40,097 bases of DNA from a virus (taxonomy: Duplodnaviria > Caudoviricetes): the IMG/VR virus record IMGVR_UViG_3300012347_000048, positions 1-40,097 of that record, one strand, 5' to 3'. The notes below the pieces were generated by a model, which ran no database searches, was not told the DNA's origin, and saw only the letters and a program-made list of their open reading frames with translations. The position numbers were made by a program, and so were the translations under genes. Numbering within the stretch: position 1 is the stretch's first letter; every line of letters begins with the position of its first letter. Positions 23,032-31,783 of this stretch are shown here, piece after piece.

Positions 23032-23707
23032 AGTATCATTGGTTTGTTATTCTGTCCCTGCACCGGGACTTGTTGAGAAAGGTATCAAAGATGCTCAAGA
23101 TCTTCTTGCGTACATGGCTCGTGTCTCTAATCCAGACAACCAGTATGCCACTGAGTCCGGCCCGAAGTTACTGAAGTATTTGATCAACAACAAGCACTGG
23201 TCGCCTTTGGAAATGGTTCACTTGTCTTTGGAGATTGAAACTACTCGTGACATTGCTCGTCAGATCTTGCGTCACCGTAGCTTCAGCTTCCAAGAGTTCT
23301 CTCAGCGATATGCTGCTGTACAAGGCTTTGAGATGTCTGAAGTACGCTTGCAGGATGTACGTAATCGACAGAACAGCATTGAAGTGGGAGACTCTGATCT
23401 ACATCACTGGTGGTTCCAAGCTCAAAAGCGTGTACGTGATGATGCTGAGTTGATGTACAATATGTCATTGGCTAAGGGTATTGCTAAGGAGCAAGCTCGT
23501 AAGCTACTGCCTGAAGGGTTGACTATGAGTCGTATGTACATGGCAGGTAACCTGCGTAGTTGGCTTCACTATGTGGATATTCGCTGTGACAAGGCTACGC
23601 AGAAGGAACACCGAGAAGTAGCGGAGCAGGTTAAGCTGATCGTTTGTGAACAGTTCCCTGCTGTTAAAGAATTGTTTTATGCAAAGGAATTGAATAATGC
23701 GTATTGA
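23024..23707 (+). CDS. thyX: FAD-dependent thymidylate synthase
   Basis: ThyX motif 'RHRSFSFQEFSQRY'; 'HWSPLE'; 'EQARKLLP'. Confidence 0.95.
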   Translation: MSKVSLVCYSVPAPGLVEKGIKDAQDLLAYMARVSNPDNQYATESGPKLLKYLINNKHWSPLEMVHLSLEIETTRDIARQILRHRSFSFQEFSQRYAAVQGFEMSEVRLQDVRNRQNSIEVGDSDLHHWWFQAQKRVRDDAELMYNMSLAKGIAKEQARKLLPEGLTMSRMYMAGNLRSWLHYVDIRCDKATQKEHREVAEQVKLIVCEQFPAVKELFYAKELNNAY

Positions 23708-23993
23708 ACAAGTTGAAGATTTGCTGGATGAGTTTGACTTTGATAAGGTCAAGAAAGTTATGGACTGTCTTAAGTGGGTGTACTTTGATAGCCCAGACAA
23801 CGAGGTGAGTATCGGTGAACTTCGACGTATAGCTCGGCGCTTACTAGAGGTTGCCTACAACGCTAATCCTAGTCCTGAATACACGACAGGCTCTGGCGGC
23901 TTTGAAGTGACTCGATATATGTACCCCGGGGATACTACAAAGTATCTTACTTTATCTTTTGTTGTCGCTAACTGGAGTAACCCTGTATGTTGA
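23697..23993 (+). CDS. Hypothetical protein
   Basis: 98 aa 'FDFDKVKKVM..L.W...GGF'; AAGGA RBS. Confidence 0.6.
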   Translation: MRIEQVEDLLDEFDFDKVKKVMDCLKWVYFDSPDNEVSIGELRRIARRLLEVAYNANPSPEYTTGSGGFEVTRYMYPGDTTKYLTLSFVVANWSNPVC

Positions 23994-24295
23994 TTGAAGA
24001 GTACCAAGAACTAGCGTTTAAGACAGCGCTAGAGACTGCTAAGAACCCTGCTTATATGGTATCTAACCTTACCTCTGAAGCTGGTGAAGTTGCAGGTAAG
24101 TATGCCAAGTGGATTCGAGATGGTATCTTGGATGAAGAAGGTATGCAGAAGGAAGTTGGTGATGTGTTCTGGCAGATCGCGGGCTTGTCTACAGTGATGG
24201 GTTGGAGTTTGGCTGACATTGCAAGTAAGAACTTGCAGAAACTGGCACAACGTAAGATTAACAATACCCTTATGGGTTCAGGAGATGAACGATGA
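23987..24295 (+). CDS. MazG-like nucleotide pyrophosphohydrolase
   Basis: 'SEAGEV..K..K.IRD...KEVGDVFW...N..KL..R......GSGDER'. Confidence 0.85.
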   Translation: MLIEEYQELAFKTALETAKNPAYMVSNLTSEAGEVAGKYAKWIRDGILDEEGMQKEVGDVFWQIAGLSTVMGWSLADIASKNLQKLAQRKINNTLMGSGDER

Positions 24296-24549
24296 TTGAT
24301 ATTGAAGACAAAACAGAATACACATTCCGTTATATTGACTGTGATGGTAAGACATACACATCTCAGTTTGAGAATCCCGGCCCTACGTGGATGGAAGCCT
24401 TGGATGACTTTGTAGGTTTCCTTGAGTCAGTGTATAAGTATGATATTCGCTCTAAGGTTCGGCTGAGTGAGGATCAAGAACTGAAGAATGCTCCTTGGTC
24501 TTACATTGATCCTTGGAGTGGTGAATATTTCGCTAAGGATGAAGACTGA
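24292..24549 (+). CDS. Hypothetical protein
   Basis: 85 aa; AGGAG RBS; coupled. Confidence 0.6.
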   Translation: MIDIEDKTEYTFRYIDCDGKTYTSQFENPGPTWMEALDDFVGFLESVYKYDIRSKVRLSEDQELKNAPWSYIDPWSGEYFAKDED

Positions 24550-25322
24550 TGAGGATTTTGGTAATCCCTGACTGTCAAGTCAAAGAAGGAGTACCACTAG
24601 AGCATCTTGAATGGGCAGGGAAGGCTATCTGTGAGTATCGACCAGATGTTGTAGTAAACATTGGTGATTTTGCAGATATGCCTTCACTGTCCACTCATGA
24701 TGTGAAGGGTTCTAAGTACTTTGAAGGTCTTCGCTACAAGAAGGATATTGAAGTGACTAAGGAGGCTATGAAGAAGCTTCTGAAGCCTTTGCGTGACCTC
24801 CAGAGTAAGCAGAAGAAGAACAAGGAGAAGGTTTATAAGCCCCGTATGGTACTGACTCTTGGTAATCATGAGAACCGTATCGACCGAGCTGTAAATAACA
24901 ACCCTACACTTGAAGGATTGATCAGTGTTAATGACCTCTGTTATGACAAAGATTGGGAAGTCCACGGCTTCTTACACCCTGTCTTTATCAATGGTGTTGG
25001 CTTTAATCACTATTGGCCTGTCGGTGCTATGGGGCGTCCAGCAGGGACTGCTAGTGCTCTTGTCAATAAGCTTCATATGTCTTGCGTGGCTGGCCATCAG
25101 CAAGGAAAACAGATTGCCTATGGTAAACGTGCTGATGGGAAACCTATTTGCGGTATCCTCGCTGGTAGTTATTATCTACACGATGAATCGTACATGGACA
25201 AGTTATCTAACCGTCACTGGCGTGGCTTGGTTGTCTTGAATGATGTGAAAGATGGTGGCTTTGATGAAATGCTGCTGTCTATCGAGTATCTTGAAAGGAA
25301 ATACAGTGGCAAACAAATGTGA
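24549..25322 (+). CDS. Calcineurin-like metallophosphoesterase
   Basis: 'IPDCQ', 'GDFAD', 'GNHE', 'GHQQ' motifs. Confidence 0.85.
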   Translation: MRILVIPDCQVKEGVPLEHLEWAGKAICEYRPDVVVNIGDFADMPSLSTHDVKGSKYFEGLRYKKDIEVTKEAMKKLLKPLRDLQSKQKKNKEKVYKPRMVLTLGNHENRIDRAVNNNPTLEGLISVNDLCYDKDWEVHGFLHPVFINGVGFNHYWPVGAMGRPAGTASALVNKLHMSCVAGHQQGKQIAYGKRADGKPICGILAGSYYLHDESYMDKLSNRHWRGLVVLNDVKDGGFDEMLLSIEYLERKYSGKQM

Positions 25323-25800
25323 TCAGTGCTTCTATGCGCTAATGGACAAAGAGTCAGAAGCTCCTTGTGTTACCTGCCGAGGATACTCTAACTTTGTTAA
25401 GGGTACACTGTATGCAACAGAACATTCTTCTAAGCCTCTTAAAGAAGCTATTGATGATTGGTTTAAGAACGGAACTAACGGAGTGACTTCTGAGGACTTC
25501 TGGGTGGACATCAATGATCCTGATAAGTTTGAATATGACTCAGTAGACAATCCTAAGCACTATATGCTATTTGAAAAAGAAGGAATTGAAGTTCGGGATG
25601 TTATTGAGCGCTTAGTGGATAAAATTCATAATTCTTTTGCGCCTCATACACCATTACTTCCTGTTCCTTTGTTTGTATCTGACTATGTTCAGATGATGCA
25701 ATACTTGATGCGCTTCATGGACAAGAATGGTGTTGAAGACTTGGGAAAAGCTCGATGGTATTTGGATAAGTTGATTGATGCTTATGAATCTGACGTTTGA
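25306..25800 (+). CDS. DUF3310 (T7 gp1.7-like) protein with N-terminal Cys motif
   Basis: 'DSVDNPKHY...Y..R...KNGVEDLGKARWYL'; N-terminal CxxC..CxxC; GTG start inferred. Confidence 0.75.
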   Translation: MANKCDQCFYALMDKESEAPCVTCRGYSNFVKGTLYATEHSSKPLKEAIDDWFKNGTNGVTSEDFWVDINDPDKFEYDSVDNPKHYMLFEKEGIEVRDVIERLVDKIHNSFAPHTPLLPVPLFVSDYVQMMQYLMRFMDKNGVEDLGKARWYLDKLIDAYESDV

Positions 25801-25939
25801 GGAACTTAAAGAGAAGCTTCAACGTGTTGACGAAGTCACACTGCTGGAACTGTTAGAGATCCGCAGTGATGACATCGTAGATCGCTTTGAAGACTATATT
25901 GAAGAACAACAGGATAAACTTATGCGGGAGATTGAATGA
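25784..25939 (+). CDS. Small acidic protein upstream of RNR
   Basis: Manually read 51 aa MNLTFEELKEKLQRVDEVTLLELLEIRSDDIVDRFEDYIEE...; ATGA overlap with nrdB. Confidence 0.7.
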   Translation: MNLTFEELKEKLQRVDEVTLLELLEIRSDDIVDRFEDYIEEQQDKLMREIE

Positions 25940-26892
25940 GAAACCTTCTAACAAAGAAGACTACGTACACCTTTGACTATCCAGAGGCTTTGGCCTTTGC
26001 GGATAAGCAGAATGGTGTATTCTGGACTTTTGATGAGATTGATTTGGAAAAAGATGTACACAGCATTCTTACCGACTTTACTCCTGCTGAACGTCATGGT
26101 GTTACTACTTCACTCAAGCTCTTTACCAAGTACGAACGTATTGTTGGTGATGAGTATTGGTCTGGTACTGTTAAACCTAACTTTCAGCATCCTGATATTG
26201 GCCTGATGGCAGATGCCTTCTGCTACTTTGAAAGTAATGTTCATGCTCGCTTTTATAACCGGATTAACGAACTTCTGGGATTGGCTACTGAAGAGTTCCA
26301 TCAATCTTGGCAGTATGATCCTGTATTGGCTAGCCGTGTCGGGTACTTGGATGCTATTGCTGGTAGTCGTGATATTCCCCTTTCCTTGGCTGTCTTCTCA
26401 ATGATGGAAGGCTGTATCCTTTACTCTAGCTTTGCTTTCCTGAAGCACTTCCAGAGTAACGGTAAGAACAAACTGAGTAACCTTGTGGCAGGTATCAACT
26501 TCTCTGTACGAGATGAGAATATCCACCACGAAGCAGGTGCATGGTTGTTCCGTACTTACATGGATGAGAACAAACTGGATAAGGCTTGGATGAAAGCACG
26601 AGTGGAGCAAGCTGCTAAGGCCTTGGTTGAACATGAGCATCGTATCGTTGACCTGTTGTTCTCTCACGGAGACATTGAAGGTATCAACGCTACAGCTATG
26701 AAGGCTTTTGTGAACGCACGAGCTAACGTATGTTTGAACAATTTGGGCTTTGACAGTATCTTTGAGGAAACTGGTGATACAATCTCTGAATGGTTCTACT
26801 TGGGTATCAGCTCCAGTACCATCCATGACTTCTTTGCCAAGGTAGGCAATCAGTATAACCGTAAGTGGAATGAGAAAGGCTTTGTATGGTAA
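25936..26892 (+). CDS. nrdB: Ribonucleotide reductase class I, beta subunit
   Basis: 'FWTFDEIDLEKD', 'VHARFY', 'MEGCILYSSF', 'RDENIH'. Confidence 0.92.
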   Translation: MRNLLTKKTTYTFDYPEALAFADKQNGVFWTFDEIDLEKDVHSILTDFTPAERHGVTTSLKLFTKYERIVGDEYWSGTVKPNFQHPDIGLMADAFCYFESNVHARFYNRINELLGLATEEFHQSWQYDPVLASRVGYLDAIAGSRDIPLSLAVFSMMEGCILYSSFAFLKHFQSNGKNKLSNLVAGINFSVRDENIHHEAGAWLFRTYMDENKLDKAWMKARVEQAAKALVEHEHRIVDLLFSHGDIEGINATAMKAFVNARANVCLNNLGFDSIFEETGDTISEWFYLGISSSTIHDFFAKVGNQYNRKWNEKGFVW

Positions 26893-28598
26893 GCACACCA
26901 GTGTTGGACAATAAGTATGAGTTCTTGAGCGCAGAGCGTAAGCGTCTGCAACAACAAGGGCTTCTACCTAACTGGTATCAAACCGGAGGATGGGGCTTGT
27001 TCAAGAGTAAGTACATGGAAGGCTCTACGAGCTTTAATCATCGAGTAGCTCAGATTGCGGCCACGGCAGCTAAACACGCACCTAAGGATGGAGTTGATTG
27101 GAATGAAAAGTTCTTTGAAGTTATCTGGAAAGGCTGGCTCAGTCCTTCAACGCCTACGCTGGCTAATCTGGGCACCAATAAAGGTATGCCTGTGGCTTGT
27201 AGTGGTCAGTACATTGGTGATTCTGTTGCTGACTTCTATGGTGAGCTTCTTGACACTGCTGTGCTCACTAAGAATGGCTTTGGCACTAGCGGTTATCTGG
27301 GGGACATTCGACCACGAGGCTCTCAAATCGGGACTGGTGGAACAGCTTCAGGAGTGTTACCAGTCTTTCAAACCTACGTGGATGCGATGAAGCGTGTTAC
27401 CCAAGGCGTTGCTCGTAGAGGCGCTTGGGCAGGTTATCTTCCTATTGATCATCCTGACTTTCACGAGTTAGCTGATTGGGTGAAGAATAACCCTGATGAT
27501 GCTAACGTTGGCTGGACTGTTAGTGCTGAGTTTATGGAGTCCTTGGATAGTGGGCACCCGGAGGCTATTGAGCGTTATCAGAAGGCTTTGAAGCTGAAGA
27601 TGTTGACAGGTAAAGGTTACTTCTTGTTTACCGATAAGGTTGCTGAAGCCCGTCCTGAAATGTACAAAGCTCATGGCTTGGATGTTAAGGCTTCTAATCT
27701 GTGTACAGAGATCATGTTGCACAGTGGTGAGGAAGAGACATTCACTTGTATCTTGGCTAGCATGAACTTGGAGAAGTATGATGAGTGGAAAGACACGGAT
27801 GCAGTATTTACTGCGACAGTATTTCTTGATTGTGTTACTAGTGAGTTCTTGTCGATGGCTGCTGGCAAAAGAGGCTTTGAAAAGGCGGTGGCGTCAACTG
27901 AAAAGAGTCGTGCGCTAGGTCTTGGTGTACTCGGTTGGCATTCACTTCTGCATAAGAAGATGATTCCTTTTGAGAGCTTCCAAGCTCAGAAACTTAATGT
28001 GGAGATCTTTAATGAACTCAATCGACAATCAGGAAGTGCAAGTCGTTACCTCGCAGACAAACTCGGAGAACCTGAGTATTGCAAAGGATATGGAGTCCGA
28101 AATACACACCGTCTTGCTGTCGCTCCCACCATGTCAACAAGCCAGCTCATGGGAGGGGTATCACAAGGCATTGAGCCTTTTATTGGAAATGTGTTTGTCC
28201 AACAAGGAGCCGGAGGAGAAACTATTCGAGTAGTTCCCGAACTGCTGGAGATCATGAAGCGTGAAGGTGTTTACAGCCGTGAGACATTGCTTGAGATTGC
28301 AAGTCATGACGGTTCTGTCCAACACGTTCCGTGGATGACGGAGGAGGAAAAGGAAGTATTCAAGACAGCGTTTGAGATTGATCCCTATGTTATCCTTGAG
28401 CAGGCTTCTGCCCGTCAGCGGTATATCTGTCAAGGTCAATCAATTAACCTGTTCTTTGGTGCTGACGATCCTGAGGAACATATCAGTGCTGTTCACAAGG
28501 CAGCGTTTAAGGATAAGAATATCTTGAGTCTTTATTATATTCGTACCAAAGCAGGCGTTAGTGCTAGCTCAGGTGAATGTGTTGCTTGTCACGCTTAA
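26886..28598 (+). CDS. nrdA: Ribonucleotide reductase class I, alpha subunit (no ATP cone)
   Basis: 'SNLCTEI' catalytic motif, 'APTMSTS', 'LYY', C-terminal 'CVAC'. Confidence 0.95.
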   Translation: MVSTPVLDNKYEFLSAERKRLQQQGLLPNWYQTGGWGLFKSKYMEGSTSFNHRVAQIAATAAKHAPKDGVDWNEKFFEVIWKGWLSPSTPTLANLGTNKGMPVACSGQYIGDSVADFYGELLDTAVLTKNGFGTSGYLGDIRPRGSQIGTGGTASGVLPVFQTYVDAMKRVTQGVARRGAWAGYLPIDHPDFHELADWVKNNPDDANVGWTVSAEFMESLDSGHPEAIERYQKALKLKMLTGKGYFLFTDKVAEARPEMYKAHGLDVKASNLCTEIMLHSGEEETFTCILASMNLEKYDEWKDTDAVFTATVFLDCVTSEFLSMAAGKRGFEKAVASTEKSRALGLGVLGWHSLLHKKMIPFESFQAQKLNVEIFNELNRQSGSASRYLADKLGEPEYCKGYGVRNTHRLAVAPTMSTSQLMGGVSQGIEPFIGNVFVQQGAGGETIRVVPELLEIMKREGVYSRETLLEIASHDGSVQHVPWMTEEEKEVFKTAFEIDPYVILEQASARQRYICQGQSINLFFGADDPEEHISAVHKAAFKDKNILSLYYIRTKAGVSASSGECVACHA

Positions 28599-28611
28599 CT
28601 AAGGAGATTGA

Positions 28612-28797
28612 ATGAAGATTGTAGTCTACAGCAAGGATAACTGCCCTGCTTGTACGGCTCTGAAGGCTCGCCTGACTAAGGATGGCGAGTCCTTTACAGA
28701 GATTAATGTAGGTAAAGATATGACTCGTGATGAGTTCCTTAAGGAGTTCCCGCAGGTACGTCAAATGCCTCATTTGGTATTCACAAATGACGAATAA
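28612..28797 (+). CDS. Glutaredoxin
   Basis: 'VYSKDNCPAC...FPQVRQMP'; AAGGAG RBS; follows nrdA. Confidence 0.85.
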   Translation: MKIVVYSKDNCPACTALKARLTKDGESFTEINVGKDMTRDEFLKEFPQVRQMPHLVFTNDE

Positions 28798-28807
28798 CAC
28801 AGAAAGC

Positions 28808-29155
28808 ATGACTATACGCCTGTACGCCAGTGGTTTATTTTCAAAGTACGGGTTTGGAGACGGGGACATTATTGATGGTATCCTCTGGGATAATGGGCTA
28901 GGTCAAAAAGCAGCAGTTGGAAAGTATGCTGATTTTGGTTTAGCTCATGCAACCCTCATAGATTTAGTGAAAACTAAATTGCTCCCGTCTCTGCCTTTTC
29001 CTGTAAACACTGAGGAGATACTAACAAGTCACAACCCCATACGAGCTGAGTACGGGGAGAGCGAAGAAGGACTTGAAAACTTTTTTGTAGAAGTCACATA
29101 TGAAGATATTCTAACCACAACTCAGAAATTTATTAAGGAAGTACATGGCAAGTAA
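28808..29155 (+). CDS. Hypothetical protein
   Basis: 'LFSKYGFGDGD...TSHNPIR'; start inferred at MTIRLY. Confidence 0.55.
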   Translation: MTIRLYASGLFSKYGFGDGDIIDGILWDNGLGQKAAVGKYADFGLAHATLIDLVKTKLLPSLPFPVNTEEILTSHNPIRAEYGESEEGLENFFVEVTYEDILTTTQKFIKEVHGK

Positions 29156-29891
29156 ACCAATGAACCGAGCTATTCCAGCTAAAGAACTGACTCCTCGTGA
29201 GAAGGCAAGTAACAGCTTGCGTCTGAAGCTAGACGATATGACAGTTATCAAGCCTAAGACAGAGAAGCAGATGGACTTCTTTGAAGCCTATCAAGCCTCT
29301 AACTACTTCATGGCATTACACGGTGTAGCAGGTACAGGTAAGACATACATTGCCTTGTATAAGGCCTTGGAAGAGGCTCTGGATCGTAACAATCCCTTTA
29401 ACAAGGTGACTGTGATCCGTAGTAGCGTACAAGGCCGTGACATGGGATTCTTGCCCGGCGATGCAGATGAGAAGATGGAGGTCTACATTCAGCCTTATCG
29501 ACAGATCTGTAGTGACCTGTTCAAGCGTAAGGATGCTTGGGATCGACTGGTAGAGCAAGGACATATTGAGTTTGTGTCTACCTCGTTCATTCGAGGTACT
29601 ACCTTCAGTAACAGCATCATTGTCGTGGATGAAGTCCAGAACATGACCTTCGAGGAGCTTGATACCATCATTACTCGTGTTGGTGACAAGTCCAAGATCA
29701 TCTTCTGTGGCGATTACCGACAGACTGACTTGAAGAAGAAAGATGATAAGAGCGGACTGCTGAAGTTCTTTGACATTGCTACAAAGATGAAAGAGTTTGT
29801 CCGTATCGAGTTCCACATCGAGGATATTGTTCGTAGCTCCCTTGTTAAGAACTATATTATTGCTCGTGTAAAATATGAGGATGGTGAATGA
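29145..29891 (+). CDS. phoH: PhoH-family ATPase
   Basis: 'GVAGTGKT', 'MGFLPG', 'FIRGTTF', 'DEVQN', 'TRVG', 'GDYRQTD', 'DIVRS'. Confidence 0.93.
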   Translation: MASKPMNRAIPAKELTPREKASNSLRLKLDDMTVIKPKTEKQMDFFEAYQASNYFMALHGVAGTGKTYIALYKALEEALDRNNPFNKVTVIRSSVQGRDMGFLPGDADEKMEVYIQPYRQICSDLFKRKDAWDRLVEQGHIEFVSTSFIRGTTFSNSIIVVDEVQNMTFEELDTIITRVGDKSKIIFCGDYRQTDLKKKDDKSGLLKFFDIATKMKEFVRIEFHIEDIVRSSLVKNYIIARVKYEDGE

Positions 29892-30511
29892 AAGCTAATA
29901 ACGAAGAAGAGATTATGATGATGCTGCCTGAGCAGAAGGGCTTGATTCGTACTATCACTCAGCAAATGCACACTCACTTGGTGTTCATTGACGATGACAT
30001 TGTGGCCCCTAGCGCCTATCGTGATGTTATCCACTGCCTTGCTACCTGTAGCGAGAATGATTCTGTTAATATGCTTGTCAATAGCTCAGGAGGACGTACT
30101 GACTCTATCTGGCAGGTAATTGAAGCTATGAAAGGTTGTCGTGGTCAAGTCTCTGTTACTGTCATTGGTGCTGCGTATAGTGCTGCCTCTATGCTGGCTT
30201 GTATGGCTCCTGAGTGTTACATCGCTGATTCTGCTGAATTTATGTTGCACACTGCCCATTATGGTTCTATTGGGACTGTTCCAAATGTTAAAGGACAGAC
30301 TGACTTCGCTACAAGGCAGATTAATAAACTCCTTGACCAAGCCTACAAAGGGTTCTTGACAGACAAGGAACTGGATGAACTGAAGAATGGTAAGGAGTTC
30401 TGGTTTGATGCTGAAGAGTCAGGTAAGCGCATGATTAAGCGTTACAAATACCTGAATGACCTGAGTAAACCCCCTAAGCCTAAGAAGGTGAAAGAAGTTG
30501 CTGTAGAGTAA
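29888..30511 (+). CDS. ClpP-like serine protease
   Basis: 'VNSSGG', 'AYSAASM' (catalytic Ser), 'FMLH' (His), 'WFDAEE'. Confidence 0.8.
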   Translation: MKANNEEEIMMMLPEQKGLIRTITQQMHTHLVFIDDDIVAPSAYRDVIHCLATCSENDSVNMLVNSSGGRTDSIWQVIEAMKGCRGQVSVTVIGAAYSAASMLACMAPECYIADSAEFMLHTAHYGSIGTVPNVKGQTDFATRQINKLLDQAYKGFLTDKELDELKNGKEFWFDAEESGKRMIKRYKYLNDLSKPPKPKKVKEVAVE

Positions 30512-30514
30512 ATG

Positions 30515-30557
30515 AAAAAGGCCTCTAGAGTGTTTGCTCTAGAGGCCTTCTTTGTTT
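30515..30557. terminator. Bidirectional rho-independent terminator between the two arms
   Basis: AAAAAGGCCTCTAGAG-TGTTTG-CTCTAGAGGCCTT-CTTTGTTT; 13-bp stem flanked by A and T tracts; convergent genes. Confidence 0.9.
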
Positions 30558-30783
30558 ATGCCTTATGGTTATGCCACAGAGCAGCAATACCAGCAATAAT
30601 ACTACCGATGAAGATGATAGGTTTAGCTACCTTAGCAATCCAATCAAGGACTGTGAAAGCTCCTTGAGCAGCATGGAAAGCAGATACCATATCTTCTGTG
30701 TCCGTAGCCACTTTATCAACTTTATCTTCTACTTTACACAGCCTTTCATATATTTCTCTGTGTGATACTTCTTCGTTCGCCAT
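30556..30783 (-). CDS. Holin-like / XhlA-like membrane protein
   Basis: N-terminal coiled coil and C-terminal TM helix; adjacent to endolysin. Confidence 0.55.
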   Translation of the reverse strand: MANEEVSHREIYERLCKVEDKVDKVATDTEDMVSAFHAAQGAFTVLDWIAKVAKPIIFIGSIIAGIAALWHNHKA

Positions 30784-30790
30784 CTTATTA

Positions 30791-31279
30791 TTACCTTAAG
30801 AAAAGAGCTTCAGCTTCTCGCCGTTTTGTTAAACCTTTTAGAATTCTTCCATTAGCTTTGTTCCACTTAACAATCTCTTCTTGTGCTGCTTTCCAATCCT
30901 CAGCAATTATCCGCCTTCGTAGGGTTGATATTCTAAGGTTTCCAAGGCCTACATTATAGGCGAAGGAGATGATAGCTGCTAACTTACGAGGATACTTAAT
31001 TAAATTGGGACATAGAATTAGTACACCATTGCAGAAGTAACGAACGTGCTCATCAAAAGCATTTAGAGCTTGTTCGTGTGTCCACACAGTATTCTTGTCG
31101 ATAGTAGGGCCTGTAGAGCCGTAGCCAATAGTCCAAGGATGTCCGCCAGTTCCGGGATCAGGATATGCCTTACATCCTCCGTTAGGAAGACGTATTGCAT
31201 AGCCTTCAAAGGGAATGATCAGAGCATCCTTGGCTATCTTAATTGCTTGGGTTACGGCGTTCGATTGCACGACCAACAA
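30791..31279 (-). CDS. Endolysin, GH24 phage lysozyme
   Basis: 'FEG...AYPDPG....WTIGYG', 'SFAYNVG', 'W.KA.GR.L.GL..RR.AE'; exact start uncertain. Confidence 0.92.
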   Translation of the reverse strand: MLVVQSNAVTQAIKIAKDALIIPFEGYAIRLPNGGCKAYPDPGTGGHPWTIGYGSTGPTIDKNTVWTHEQALNAFDEHVRYFCNGVLILCPNLIKYPRKLAAIISFAYNVGLGNLRISTLRRRIIAEDWKAAQEEIVKWNKANGRILKGLTKRREAEALFLR

Positions 31280-31727
31280 ACCAGAAAGTAATAATCATGT
31301 TGAGCAAAGCAAAGTCGTCAGCAGTCCACACGGTCATAAATAAATCTTTCCAGTCTGCACTGTGAGCTGCTGCATAAGACACAACAGCTACTTTAAAGGC
31401 ACAGTACATACCGAATAAGATATAAGTAATTCCGGGACGGACTAAAGCGGACATACTAGCTACCCACTTCCAAGCTTTAGCATCTGCCTCACCTTGTTGC
31501 TTAAAAGCTTCGGCAATAGCATCCAGTTGAGCTACAGAGTGGTCTACATACTTTTCCTCAAGACGATACTCACCTCGCATCTTCTCTAAGTCAGTCTGTA
31601 GTCTGAACATATTAAGTTCATGGTCTCGTTCATTCTTACGGTCTAGCCACTTAAGAACTTCAGGGGCAAGTCGAAACACACCCCCGAAGACACTACCGAG
31701 TAGACCACTTGTGATAGTCTCTAGCAT
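31239..31727 (-). CDS. Putative holin (3TM-holin-like)
   Basis: N-terminal amphipathic helix, 'SALVRPGITY' plus TM, 'FWFVGRAIE' C-terminus; overlaps endolysin. Confidence 0.6.
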   Translation of the reverse strand: MLETITSGLLGSVFGGVFRLAPEVLKWLDRKNERDHELNMFRLQTDLEKMRGEYRLEEKYVDHSVAQLDAIAEAFKQQGEADAKAWKWVASMSALVRPGITYILFGMYCAFKVAVVSYAAAHSADWKDLFMTVWTADDFALLNMIITFWFVGRAIERRNPSN

Positions 31728-31783
31728 ATGTTACCTAAATACTTTAGTAAGTCTCTCAGAGCTTTTAGCTCCGAATGAGAAGG

